Source: Candidatus Daviesbacteria bacterium (lineage in GTDB: Bacteria > Patescibacteriota > Microgenomatia > Daviesbacterales > UBA10151). From it: a DNA stretch of 62,407 bases. Numbering within the stretch: the stretch's first letter is position 1; every line of letters begins with the position of its first letter. The DNA lies in NCBI GenBank assembly GCA_003519445.1, contig DOWS01000046.1, positions 1 to 62,407 of the forward strand, read 5' to 3'. Below the pieces are notes generated by a model. It ran no database searches, had not been told where the DNA came from, and saw nothing but the letters and a program-made list of their open reading frames with translations. Below are positions 25,130 to 34,936 of this stretch, piece by piece. Made by a program: the position numbers and the translations under genes.

Positions 25130-26295
25130 GAAAGATTTTTCTTAAAGAGAATATTCTATTTTTAATTATTTATGGATTTAGTCTAATTTTTTCCGCTTTA
25201 TTAATAAGGGCAATTTATCCAATACAGTTACAACTGCAAAAACCAATATTTTTTGACCTTATTGAATTAAATGTAATTATTCCCTATTGGCTAATTTATT
25301 TTGCCGGATCTATAAATATTTTTTTGATTTGGATGATTGCAAAAAGGTTTATTATTGGACATCTAGCTTTAATTCCCGTACTAATTTACTGTTTTTCCCC
25401 CTGGTCATTTTATCTCGTGGTTACAAATTCTTTTTATGTGTATCTCCTGACATTTATCTTAATAATCTTTCAGGGGATTTTATTAATCAAATCAAGAAGA
25501 TTCAGGTGGGGGATGGCGGCTTTTATTTTAGGAAGTATCTTATTTTTGTATAGTTTTGTTTTAGGTATTTTTATTTTTCCAATTCTTATAACAGGGTTAA
25601 GTCTAATTAAATTTGTGAGTTTTAAAAAAATACGGCCCGCGCTTTTCATAATTTCTTTTCTTTGTTTACCGTTACTTATTGCAAATTTCAAAAATCAAGC
25701 CGGAACTGGAAATATTTATAATAATCAGGTAGCTTTATTTAAGGATCCGGGACACATGAATGCTGTCAATGTTTTTCAGGGGGAGTCAAGAAAAGCAGGG
25801 TATAGTTTTATAGTAAAATTAGGAGAGAATAGATATATATATTTTTCAAAATACGCATTTTTTAAAGCCATTAAGCATTTTACGCCATCAACTTATTTTA
25901 CGGGACAGGAGGGTCTCTTAAAATTTTCCTTCAGCCCCCCTGTTTATTTTGGATTTTTAATCCCCTTTTTATATGGTCTATCTTTGATTTTTAAATCCCC
26001 CGCCTTAAGAAATGGTTTAGCAGTTTCGTTTATATTATTAGTACCCTCCTTTGTCTCAAAAACATTGGTAAACTTAAACCGCTTGGTACTTTTCGAGCCG
26101 GTTATTGTTTTTGTGATTAGTTTAGGGATGATAAAAATTATTCAAAACAGGAAAGAGAGAATTTTTAAATTAATGTTGTTTTTAACAATAATTTTAGTTT
26201 CAGTTCAATTATTAGTTACTGTTTTTGATATAAATTTTAGGGAGTATATCAGATATGAACGATACCTTGGTGGAGCCTTGCAGATTGGAGATTAA
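25126..26295 (+). CDS. polytopic membrane protein, truncated/degenerate GT39-like paralogue lacking the acidic first loop
   Basis: 389 aa with a GTG start overlapping the upstream TGA. It keeps the CFSPWSFYLVVTNSFYVYLLTFILIIFQG block (compare ISPWHI..R.S.ES), but no WDE/GDE loop and no PHALRS motif are visible. Confidence 0.6.
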   Translation: MRKIFLKENILFLIIYGFSLIFSALLIRAIYPIQLQLQKPIFFDLIELNVIIPYWLIYFAGSINIFLIWMIAKRFIIGHLALIPVLIYCFSPWSFYLVVTNSFYVYLLTFILIIFQGILLIKSRRFRWGMAAFILGSILFLYSFVLGIFIFPILITGLSLIKFVSFKKIRPALFIISFLCLPLLIANFKNQAGTGNIYNNQVALFKDPGHMNAVNVFQGESRKAGYSFIVKLGENRYIYFSKYAFFKAIKHFTPSTYFTGQEGLLKFSFSPPVYFGFLIPFLYGLSLIFKSPALRNGLAVSFILLVPSFVSKTLVNLNRLVLFEPVIVFVISLGMIKIIQNRKERIFKLMLFLTIILVSVQLLVTVFDINFREYIRYERYLGGALQIGD

Positions 26296-27917
26296 TGAAC
26301 AAAAACTTAAAAATCTTATTAACAGTCTCTATGTTAACTCTAATTGGGGGGTTTTTAAGATTTTATAATAATACCCAAAACCATATCAGCCTAAATATTG
26401 ATGAGGTTTCATATGGATATAGCGCTTATTCAATACTTAAAACAGCCCGTGATGAAAATGGGGTATTTATGCCCCTTGCATTTCAATCAACAGGAGATTA
26501 CAAAAGTCCGGTACTAATTTATTCACTTGTCCCATCAATTGCCATATTTGGATTAAATGAATTTGGTGTAAGGTTTACAACAGCATTGGCAGGCATATTA
26601 TCAATTCCGGTATTCTTTCTACTGCTTAAGAAACTCGTGAAAAATATTAACATTGCTTTAATAGGTGCTGCATTACTGGCTATTTCTCCATGGCATATTT
26701 TTTATTCCAGGTTGGCATCAGAGAGTCTTATGAGTACTTTTTTTCTAATGCTGGGGGTCTTATTTTTCCTAAAAATGTTTGAGGGTGGAAAAATTTGGGC
26801 AGCAGGGGCGTCAATTTTTTTAACAGTATCAATGTATACATATCATTCACAAAGGTTATTCATACCAATCTTTATATTTTTATATCTTCTTACAGGTTTT
26901 AAAAGATTTAAGTCAAACATATCAAATATAAGGATATTTATATTGGGGAGTTTTTTATTAGTCCTCCCCCTTTTTTATATGACAATATTTGGATCTGCCG
27001 GTACCAGAATAGGAATGGTTTTTTTATCACAGGATATTGAATTCACAAGATATGTGATACTTGATCATATTCAAAGAGCTGGAGAGCAATTCCTGCTGTT
27101 TTTCTTTTGGATTAAGAGATACTTAAATTATTTTCAACCGGATTTTTTATTTTTTACAGGTTTAAATATGACACTTCCCGGAACCATAGGTTTAGGTGTG
27201 TTGTTTCTTTTTGAGCTGCCATGGCTATTTTTAGGAATTATTAAATTATTTAAGAATATTTCCTCAAGATTAATTATCTTGTGGATTTTACTTGGGATTA
27301 TACCCGCATCCCTTGCAAACAACGACCAAAGTTCAGTTAGAAGCCTGCTTATTTTGCCGGCACTACTTGTAATTGTAAGCTTAGGAGCACAAAGATTTCT
27401 TGAAATAGCGCAGAGTTTGTCTAATAAATTTATTAAATTAGGTTTTTTCAGTTTTTATGGATTTTTTATAATTATTATCCTTATTCAAGCATATTTAATT
27501 TTTGCCGTGCATTTTCCGATACAACAGGGAGAAGCTTTTATGGAGGGGACAAAGGAGACTGTTTTGTATGCGCTGGATAATAAAGATAAATACCAAGAGA
27601 TTGTATATGATCCGTACAGGGGCATAGAGGCGCCCTATATAGTAAATATACCACATATGTATATCCTTTTTTATTCGAAGTATGACCCCGCAAAATATCA
27701 AACAGAAGCTAAACATTTTGGAAAAGATACTTTTGGTTTTGACAAATTTACGATTAGGAAAATTGATTGGAGAGAAGATCGGTTTAAGAAAGGTATCTTA
27801 TTTATTGGAAGCCCTTGGAGTTTACCGGAAAATGACTTAGCCGAAGCCGAAATATTAAAAAAAATCTATCTTGGTAGTGGCAGACTGGCATTTTTTATAG
27901 TTTCTCCAAAAGAGTGA
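26295..27917 (+). CDS. GT-C glycosyltransferase, GT39/PMT_2-like (paralogue family)
   Basis: 540 aa with NIDEVSYGYSAYSILKTARDENGVFMPLAFQSTGDYKSP, FGLNEFGVRF, ISPWHIFYSRLASES and a C-terminal YSKYDPAKYQ domain. Confidence 0.8.
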   Translation: MNKNLKILLTVSMLTLIGGFLRFYNNTQNHISLNIDEVSYGYSAYSILKTARDENGVFMPLAFQSTGDYKSPVLIYSLVPSIAIFGLNEFGVRFTTALAGILSIPVFFLLLKKLVKNINIALIGAALLAISPWHIFYSRLASESLMSTFFLMLGVLFFLKMFEGGKIWAAGASIFLTVSMYTYHSQRLFIPIFIFLYLLTGFKRFKSNISNIRIFILGSFLLVLPLFYMTIFGSAGTRIGMVFLSQDIEFTRYVILDHIQRAGEQFLLFFFWIKRYLNYFQPDFLFFTGLNMTLPGTIGLGVLFLFELPWLFLGIIKLFKNISSRLIILWILLGIIPASLANNDQSSVRSLLILPALLVIVSLGAQRFLEIAQSLSNKFIKLGFFSFYGFFIIIILIQAYLIFAVHFPIQQGEAFMEGTKETVLYALDNKDKYQEIVYDPYRGIEAPYIVNIPHMYILFYSKYDPAKYQTEAKHFGKDTFGFDKFTIRKIDWREDRFKKGILFIGSPWSLPENDLAEAEILKKIYLGSGRLAFFIVSPKE

Positions 27918-27954
27918 ATTTTACTTAATGTATTTTAATTGGTAAGATTTAGAG

Positions 27955-28848
27955 ATGACCCAGAAAATTTCTGTTGTAATAAATACCTTTAACGAGGAGG
28001 CAAACATGGAAAAAGCCATAAAAAGTGTATCATGGGCCGATGAAACTATTATTTGTGATATGCATTCGGGGGATAATACGGTTGCAATTGCTAAAAAGTT
28101 AGGTGCCAAAATATTTTTTCACGAACAAGTAGATTATGTTGAGCCTGCCAGAAATTTTGCTATCTCTCAAGCAACAGGAGATTGGATTTTAGTTTTGGAT
28201 GCGGATGAAAGGATTCCCCAAACTTTAGCCAAAAGACTGCAGGAAATTGCCGCTAATATGAAGCAAATTAGTAGTGTAAAGTTACCGAGAAAAAATATAA
28301 TTTTCGGTAAATGGATGAAGACTTCTATGTGGTGGCCGGATTACCAAATAAGATTTTTTAAAGCGGGAAAGGTTAAGTGGAGAAATGAAATACACAGTAA
28401 GCCGGAGATAGAAGGCGGGAGTATTGATTTGGAACCAGAAGAGAAATGGGCATTAATTCACTATAATTATAATAATCTGTCTCAATATATCGGAAGGATG
28501 AACAGGTATACTGACATAGAAGCTAAAGAGCTTATTAATAATGGTTATAAATTCTGTTGGCAGGATATAATCCAAAAACCTTTATCTGAATTTTTAAGCA
28601 GATTTTTTGCTGGTAGAGGTTTTGAGGATGGGCTGCACGGTTTGGCTCTTTCCATGCTTCAGGCTTTTTCTTTTTTGGCAGTTTATTTAAAAGTATGGGA
28701 AATTGAAAAATTTGGTCAGCAAGAACTTAATCTGGAAGAGCTGGAAATTATTAAAAACAAAGGCGGTAGGGAATTAAATTATTGGTTTAAAAAATCAGGA
28801 TCAAACGGAAATATATTTAAATCTTTTTTAAAGAAATTTAATAACTAA
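27955..28848 (+). CDS. glycosyltransferase family 2 (soluble GT-A)
   Basis: 297 aa with ISVVINTFNEE, LDADE and a C-terminal RMNRYTDIEA region. Confidence 0.85.
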   Translation: MTQKISVVINTFNEEANMEKAIKSVSWADETIICDMHSGDNTVAIAKKLGAKIFFHEQVDYVEPARNFAISQATGDWILVLDADERIPQTLAKRLQEIAANMKQISSVKLPRKNIIFGKWMKTSMWWPDYQIRFFKAGKVKWRNEIHSKPEIEGGSIDLEPEEKWALIHYNYNNLSQYIGRMNRYTDIEAKELINNGYKFCWQDIIQKPLSEFLSRFFAGRGFEDGLHGLALSMLQAFSFLAVYLKVWEIEKFGQQELNLEELEIIKNKGGRELNYWFKKSGSNGNIFKSFLKKFNN

Positions 28849-28849
28849 C

Positions 28850-29641
28850 ATGTTAAGCATTATTATTATTACCAAAAACGAGGAAAAAAGAATTAGGGCA
28901 TGCTTGGAATCAGTCAAGTGGGCAGATGAAATTTTAATTTTGGATAATGGTTCAGACGATAAAACTTTACAAATTGCCAAAGAGTACACGGATAAGATAT
29001 TTAAATTTCAAAACGAAGATTTTGCCACTTTGCGCAACAAAGGTATGGAACAATCAAAAGGAGAATGGGTACTGTATGTGGATGCGGACGAGAGAGTATT
29101 GGATGATTTGAGGAAAGAAATAGAGGCTACGATAACTTTTTCTGATTTTGGAGCATTTGCCATTTCCAGAAAAAATATTATTTTTGGGAAAGAGATAAAC
29201 TTTGGTTCTTATAAAAAAGACTGGGTAATTAGATTGCTTAGAAAAAAAGATTTCGAAACTTGGGTTGGTAAGATACATGAGTATCCGAAATTTAAAGGTG
29301 AGCTAGGTTATACAAAAAATTCTTTTCTTCATTTAACTCACCGAGATGTTGATCAAATAGTTTTAAAGAGTTTGGAATGGTCAAAAATCGATGCCAGGCT
29401 TCGTCTGGAAGCAGGTCATCCAAAAATGTCCGGATGGAGATTTTTAAGAATTTTAATTTCTGAAACATTTAATCAGGGAATTAAAAGAAAGGGTTTTTTC
29501 AACGGCACTATTGGAGTAATGGATGCTCTCTTGCAGGTTTTTAGCCTGTTTATTACCTACATCAGGTTGTGGCAAATGCAGCAACCCAAGCCTTTGGAAA
29601 AAATCTACGATGAAATAGATGAACAGTTTTTAAAAAAATGA
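28850..29641 (+). CDS. glycosyltransferase family 2 (soluble GT-A), tandem paralogue of 27955..28848
   Basis: 263 aa with LSIIIITKNEEKRI, LDNGSDDKT and VDADE. Confidence 0.85.
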   Translation: MLSIIIITKNEEKRIRACLESVKWADEILILDNGSDDKTLQIAKEYTDKIFKFQNEDFATLRNKGMEQSKGEWVLYVDADERVLDDLRKEIEATITFSDFGAFAISRKNIIFGKEINFGSYKKDWVIRLLRKKDFETWVGKIHEYPKFKGELGYTKNSFLHLTHRDVDQIVLKSLEWSKIDARLRLEAGHPKMSGWRFLRILISETFNQGIKRKGFFNGTIGVMDALLQVFSLFITYIRLWQMQQPKPLEKIYDEIDEQFLKK

Positions 29642-30720
29642 AAATAGCAGTCTATTCGTCTTATTTGGATACATTTGGAGGCGGAGAAAGATACATTGCC
29701 ACTATTGCCGGAACGCTTTCATTTGATCACCATGTTGATTTGCTTTTGGATAAACATTTAACAAAAATAGGATCTGATTATTTAAAATCAAATCTCTCCC
29801 AAAGATTTAATCTAAATTTGGATAAAGTTAATATTATTGTTGATTCTCCCATTGGGAAAGATTCCAGTTTTTTTTCCAGAGCCTTGTTTTTAAAAAAATA
29901 TGATTTTTTGTTTTATCTGACCGACGGGAGCATTTTTTATCCTACAGCCGGGAAAAACATTTTACATATTCAATCGCCAATTGAGGGTCAGCCTGCGCAA
30001 AGTGTCTGGGGAAAAATAAAATTAAAAAAATGGGATTTAATTATTTACAATTCAAAATTTACCAGAAATCATTCTTTAAAAAACTGGCCATTGTTTTCGA
30101 AAGTAATTTACCCGCCTGTTGATACGGAGTCAATAAAACCTCTGCAGAAGAAAAAATATATCCTGTCTGTCGGACGGTTTTTTGGCTATCTTAAAGACAA
30201 AAAACATGAGATTTTGATCAAAGCTTTTGAGAGACTTAAGCAAAATAAAAAAAGTTTGGGTTGGAGTTTACATTTGGCTGGCGCTGCCAAAGAAGGTGAT
30301 GAAAATTATCTTAAAGAATTAAAAAACAGAGCAAAAGATTTGGAGGTAAAATTTTATCCAAATTTAGGTTATGAGGAGCTAATTAAGCTTTTTGGCTACT
30401 CATCCGTTTATTGGCATGCTGCAGGTTTTGGAGAGCAAGAACCCACTAAAATGGAACATTTCGGAATATCTGTGGCTGAAGCTATGGCAGGCGGTTCTGT
30501 GCCGGTGGTTGTGGATAAAGGGGGTCTTACAGAGATTGTTAATGATGGGATAAATGGTTTTCTATGGAGCGACCTGCGGGATTTTGAAAGCAAAACCCTT
30601 GAGCTTTTGTCAAATAAATCCTTATGGCATAAAATGTCAGTAGAAGCTATAAAAAAAGCCGGCAATTTTAGTAAAGAAAATTTTGAGATAAGTATTAGGA
30701 ATTTAATCAAAACAATATGA
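29638..30720 (+). CDS. glycosyltransferase family 4 (GT-B)
   Basis: 360 aa with an E-x7-E region, EHFGISVAEAMAGGSVPVV. Its start overlaps the upstream stop (ATGA). Confidence 0.85.
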   Translation: MKIAVYSSYLDTFGGGERYIATIAGTLSFDHHVDLLLDKHLTKIGSDYLKSNLSQRFNLNLDKVNIIVDSPIGKDSSFFSRALFLKKYDFLFYLTDGSIFYPTAGKNILHIQSPIEGQPAQSVWGKIKLKKWDLIIYNSKFTRNHSLKNWPLFSKVIYPPVDTESIKPLQKKKYILSVGRFFGYLKDKKHEILIKAFERLKQNKKSLGWSLHLAGAAKEGDENYLKELKNRAKDLEVKFYPNLGYEELIKLFGYSSVYWHAAGFGEQEPTKMEHFGISVAEAMAGGSVPVVVDKGGLTEIVNDGINGFLWSDLRDFESKTLELLSNKSLWHKMSVEAIKKAGNFSKENFEISIRNLIKTI

Positions 30721-31823
30721 ACAAGATACTAATTATTCTTTTAGCAGGTATATTATTAAGGCTATTTTTAGCTTTTTCTACAATTCATTCTGATTTGACA
30801 GTGTTTCATGTGGCCGGGAAAGTGATAGGGGAAGGACACATTTTTAATCTGTATGATTATTCCTCGGATGCGGCAACTTTCAACTATCCGCCCTTAATTT
30901 ATTGGTTTTTTGGCATATTTAATTTTTTATCAAACTGGGGGATATGGCTGCTAAAACTGCCCTATCTTATTTTTGATTTATCTTTAGGGTTGCTGCTTTA
31001 TAAAGTGGTTGAAGAAAAAAGGAAAGCATTGGTTTTTGGGCTTTGGATGTTTAATCCAATCAGCCTTTATGCTACATACATGATGGGCCAGTTTGACATT
31101 ATCCCTGCTTTTTTTACAATGCTATCTTTTTATCTGGTAGTACAAAAAAAGCTTAAGTGGTCTGCCCTTGCTTTGGGCTTTGGTATTGCTTTTAAACTTT
31201 ACCCCGTATTCCTTCTTATCCCGCTACTAATCATAGCCAAAAGTTTTATTACAAGAATTAAATTAGTGCTTATTGCAGCTTTGCCGTATTTTATTTCCGT
31301 ACTTCCTTATCTTTCGTCTGAAAGTTTCAGGTCAAATGCTTTATTTGCGAGTCAAAGTTCAAAAAGTCTTTATGCTGGTATTCAGGTATCGGGAGGAGAA
31401 TCGATTTTATTATTTCCTTTTTTCCTGCTGCTTTTTTATCTCTATATTTGGAACAATCAGAGCAGTGGGATAAATCTATGGAAAGTTTTCTTAATTCCGC
31501 TGCTGTTATTTTTTATTTTTACCCATTACCATCCGCAGTGGTTAATTTGGGTTACTCCATTTCTGGTTTTGGATTTAAGTTTTGAAAGATTTAAAAATTT
31601 ATTGCCGATTTTTTTAATGATTATAACCTGGATTGCTTCGCTTTTCTTTTTTGATCCCTCCTTAACTATAGGCATATTTTCTCCCCTTTTTCCTGCTCTA
31701 AAAAATATTACGCTAAATATAAATGCAGATTATAATTTTTCAAGAAGCATCTTACAAACTGTTTTTGCCTCAAGCGCTTTCTATCTAGTATTTAAAACCT
31801 TCCCCCGAAAAATAAATGATTAA
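30717..31823 (+). CDS. polytopic GT-C-like protein, DUF2029/GT87-like
   Basis: 368 aa with LYDYSSDAATFNYPPLIYWFFG and FGIAFKLYPVFLLIPLL motifs, reminiscent of DUF2029 mannosyltransferases. Confidence 0.6.
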   Translation: MNKILIILLAGILLRLFLAFSTIHSDLTVFHVAGKVIGEGHIFNLYDYSSDAATFNYPPLIYWFFGIFNFLSNWGIWLLKLPYLIFDLSLGLLLYKVVEEKRKALVFGLWMFNPISLYATYMMGQFDIIPAFFTMLSFYLVVQKKLKWSALALGFGIAFKLYPVFLLIPLLIIAKSFITRIKLVLIAALPYFISVLPYLSSESFRSNALFASQSSKSLYAGIQVSGGESILLFPFFLLLFYLYIWNNQSSGINLWKVFLIPLLLFFIFTHYHPQWLIWVTPFLVLDLSFERFKNLLPIFLMIITWIASLFFFDPSLTIGIFSPLFPALKNITLNINADYNFSRSILQTVFASSAFYLVFKTFPRKIND

Positions 31824-33270
31824 GAAACTAATTGTTGTTTTTGTTGTCACTACCTTTCTTTGGTTTTTATTTACATTTAAGCTAACAGATGTTCCGTCGG
31901 GTATTAACGGAGATGAAGCTGTTATTGGCTACAATGCTGTTTTAATTTCTCAAACAGGTAAAGATGCAAGAGGAAATTTTCTGCCGCTTTTTTCCTCCAA
32001 CACGGATTCTTTTGACTGGAAACAACCGGTAACTGTTTATGCCACAGTTACAGCCTTTAAACTCTTTGGCCCATCTTATTTTACATTGCGGGCAGTCAGT
32101 GTATTTTTTGCGTTTTTGTCCGCATCACTCATTTTTTTATTAATAAATCAAATTAAAGGATTTAAGTTAGCCTTGGTGGGGTTACTTATTTTTGTAACAA
32201 CCCCCATTATTATGATTCAATCTCATTTGGCTCTGGAAAATATTGCCCCGGTACCTTTTATATCTTTCTGGCTTTTAATGCTTTATAAATACTTTAAAAA
32301 ACAGAACTTAAGATATATTATTTTTGCGGCCGTAAGTTTGGGTTTTGCTCTCTATTCTTATCTTGGTTTAAGACTGATGATTATACCGCTTATCATTCTT
32401 TCCATATCATTTTTATATTTTATTGATCGTAGAAGAGTATGGTTTACCTTTATTATCTCTGTCTCTCCTTTTATCATTCTGTTATTTTTGGTTAAAAGCC
32501 AATACCCGGGAGCAGTGTTGGGTTTGTTTAGGCCACACAGCATTGCTTCTTATCAAGAACTCATCATGCCTTATATTTCTTCTTTTGACCTTTCTTTTTT
32601 GTTTATCACCGGTGACATCACTCCATATCATTCTACAGGCAAGCATGGAGTATTTTTACTTGCATCCCTGCCGCTTTTTATTTTAGGAATAATCAGAATT
32701 ATTCAAAAAAGAAATCCTTTTTTAATTTTTGTTTTAACAGCCTTTTTTACAATTCCATTATTTTTTGGTTTGGGGTCAAATATTCACCGGGGAAGCAGGT
32801 TGTTAAGCCTGATACCTTTGTTTGTGACAGTGGCCACAGTGGGTTTTGAATATATTTTGGCTTTCAAAAATATGCTATTTAAAACTTTTTCAATATTTCT
32901 TGTAATTTTTCTGATGACATTAAATTATGGAGATTTTTTAAACGATTATTGGTACTACTATCCCCAAAGAGTGAAGCAAGAGTTTGCTGCGCCTATCCAT
33001 AGAGTTTTTATATTACTGGAAAAACTGTCAAAAGAAAATAATTTAAAACCGTTAATTCAAAATGACATACCTTTACAAAATCCCAATGCCTTCTTATTTT
33101 TTGAACAGGCCTATTTCCCAAATAAATTGGAGAAGTGGATGAAAAATGATTTATTACCTAACAGGAGTGTGGTATTTGTTGATTCAACAGGTATGGCTTT
33201 GATAAATATATCTAAAATAAGGATGGAAAAAATCGAAGGAACAGATTATGCTTTAGTAAGAAATAAATAA
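31816..33270 (+). CDS. GT-C glycosyltransferase, GT39/PMT_2-like (divergent paralogue)
   Basis: 484 aa with INGDEAVIGYNAVLISQTGKDARGNFLPLF, and polytopic. Confidence 0.75.
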   Translation: MIKKLIVVFVVTTFLWFLFTFKLTDVPSGINGDEAVIGYNAVLISQTGKDARGNFLPLFSSNTDSFDWKQPVTVYATVTAFKLFGPSYFTLRAVSVFFAFLSASLIFLLINQIKGFKLALVGLLIFVTTPIIMIQSHLALENIAPVPFISFWLLMLYKYFKKQNLRYIIFAAVSLGFALYSYLGLRLMIIPLIILSISFLYFIDRRRVWFTFIISVSPFIILLFLVKSQYPGAVLGLFRPHSIASYQELIMPYISSFDLSFLFITGDITPYHSTGKHGVFLLASLPLFILGIIRIIQKRNPFLIFVLTAFFTIPLFFGLGSNIHRGSRLLSLIPLFVTVATVGFEYILAFKNMLFKTFSIFLVIFLMTLNYGDFLNDYWYYYPQRVKQEFAAPIHRVFILLEKLSKENNLKPLIQNDIPLQNPNAFLFFEQAYFPNKLEKWMKNDLLPNRSVVFVDSTGMALINISKIRMEKIEGTDYALVRNK

Positions 33271-33286
33271 ATTAATTAATTAATTA

Positions 33287-34936
33287 ATGAGAAAAGTCTT
33301 TTTGGCGCTTATATTGATAATTCTTCTGGCCTTTATACTGCGGTTTTATAGGATAACGAGCATTCCTCCTTCTTTAAACTGGGACGAGGTTTCTATTGGC
33401 TATAATGCCTATTCTGTGCTAAATTCAGGCAGAGATGAATGGGGGCAATTTCTGCCGGTCCATTTTAAATCTTATGGGGAATATAAATTGCCCGGACAAG
33501 TCTATTTATCCGTTCCCGGGATTGCCCTGTTTGGATTAAACGAGTTTGGGGTGCGGATTACTCCGGTAATTTATGGCACTTTGACAGTCCTGGTGATGTT
33601 TTTTTTGGGAAGAAATTTATTCAGTAGCAGTTTAGCCGGATTGGCATCGGCTTTTTTGTTGGTTATTTCGCCTTGGCATATCCAACTCACCAGGGCCTCG
33701 TTTGAATCATCCCTGGCTACCTTTTTTGCTACAGCGGGCATTTGGTTTTTAATCAAAGGATTTAGGCAGCAGAAGTGGTTTGTTATATCAATGATTCCGT
33801 TTGCCCTTTCTGTTTTTACATATAATTCTGCCAGAATTTTTACCCCGATGTTTTTAGTAGCCATGCTTTTTATCTATTGGAAAAAATTAATTAAATTTAA
33901 GAAATTTATCGTACTTTCACTCATTATTTTTTTAGCTTTATTAACTCCACTTACTCCTTATTTTTTTTCCGGAGAGAGAAGTGCCAGATATAAGTTAGTT
34001 AGCATAACAGACGATCCGGGACTGATCCCTAGGATTAATGAAAACAGGGGAAATTCCAAGTTACCTTACCCGCTGCCCCGTTTAATTAATAATAAAGTTA
34101 CTTATTTAAGTTTTTACTTTACCAGAAATTATTTGTCTCATTTTACCCCTCAATTTTTATTTTTATCCGGCGCTCCCCATAAACAACACCATGTGCAGGA
34201 AATGGGCGAGCTTTATTTATTCCAGGCACCGTTTCTGTTGATTGGCCTTTGGGGTCTATTTAGATACAAGCATAAATTTAAGGGTTTGCTTATCTCTTGG
34301 TTGCTACTTGCATTTGTGCCCGTTTCTGCAACAGGAGACAGTATACCGCATGCCTTAAGAACTCTGATTGCCGCGCCATTTTATCAATTGGTCTCTGCAT
34401 TTGGTTTTGTAATAATTCTTGAGAAAATTAAAAAAATTTCTTTTGTTTTTAAAATATCTTTTGCTACAGCATTTTTTGTGATTGTTGCTTTAAGTTTGAT
34501 TTACTATTTAAATCAGTATTACAATATTTATCCTTACAAATACTCAAAAGATTGGCAGTATGGAAACAAGCAGGTTGTTGAATATATAAAAGATCACCAG
34601 GATGAATATGATTTGATAGTTTTTACCCGCCACTACGGGGAGCCGCACATGTTTACCTTATTTTATTTAAATTATGACCCAAGCAAGTATCAAAATGATC
34701 CTAATTTAGTCAGGTTTGAAACTAATAACTGGGTAAGGGTATTAAATTTTGACAAATTTTATTTTCCTGATTTAGGGGATAAAGGAACGCAGCAAAAAGA
34801 TATATTAGAAAGATACAAAGACAAAAAGATATTGTTGATCGGAAAACCCGGGGATTTCCCTTATGGCGGTAGAAGTCTTCTCAAAATAAATTTCCTGGAC
34901 GGAAGCCCGGCTTTTGAAATTGTGGATAATAAATGA
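33287..34936 (+). CDS. GT-C glycosyltransferase, GT39/PMT_2-like (tandem triplet, copy 1)
   Basis: 549 aa with LNWDEVSIGYNAYSVLNSGRDEWGQFLPVHFKSYGEYKLP, FGLNEFGVR, ISPWHIQLTRASFES, PHALRTLIAAP and the C-terminal WQYGNKQ...FYLNYDPSKYQ. Confidence 0.85.
   Translation: MRKVFLALILIILLAFILRFYRITSIPPSLNWDEVSIGYNAYSVLNSGRDEWGQFLPVHFKSYGEYKLPGQVYLSVPGIALFGLNEFGVRITPVIYGTLTVLVMFFLGRNLFSSSLAGLASAFLLVISPWHIQLTRASFESSLATFFATAGIWFLIKGFRQQKWFVISMIPFALSVFTYNSARIFTPMFLVAMLFIYWKKLIKFKKFIVLSLIIFLALLTPLTPYFFSGERSARYKLVSITDDPGLIPRINENRGNSKLPYPLPRLINNKVTYLSFYFTRNYLSHFTPQFLFLSGAPHKQHHVQEMGELYLFQAPFLLIGLWGLFRYKHKFKGLLISWLLLAFVPVSATGDSIPHALRTLIAAPFYQLVSAFGFVIILEKIKKISFVFKISFATAFFVIVALSLIYYLNQYYNIYPYKYSKDWQYGNKQVVEYIKDHQDEYDLIVFTRHYGEPHMFTLFYLNYDPSKYQNDPNLVRFETNNWVRVLNFDKFYFPDLGDKGTQQKDILERYKDKKILLIGKPGDFPYGGRSLLKINFLDGSPAFEIVDNK

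Noticed and set aside
25287-25553. 88-aa alternative-frame plus-strand ORF inside 25126..26295 (also 31273..31473 and 32423..32686)
   Set aside because: They are same-strand overlapping frames within long polytopic genes. There is no independent start signal or motif.
30408-30710. Antisense ORFs of about 100 aa inside GT4 and SDR genes (also 46416..46715 and 46879..47190)
   Set aside because: They are fully nested opposite genes with strong motifs, so they are typical shadow ORFs.
33271-33286. (ATTA)4 tetranucleotide repeat abutting the ATG of the GT39 gene at 33287
   Set aside because: With only four units in an AT-rich genome, it is plausibly chance or the stop-rich spacer between coupled genes. 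It is too short to argue for slipped-strand regulation without population data.
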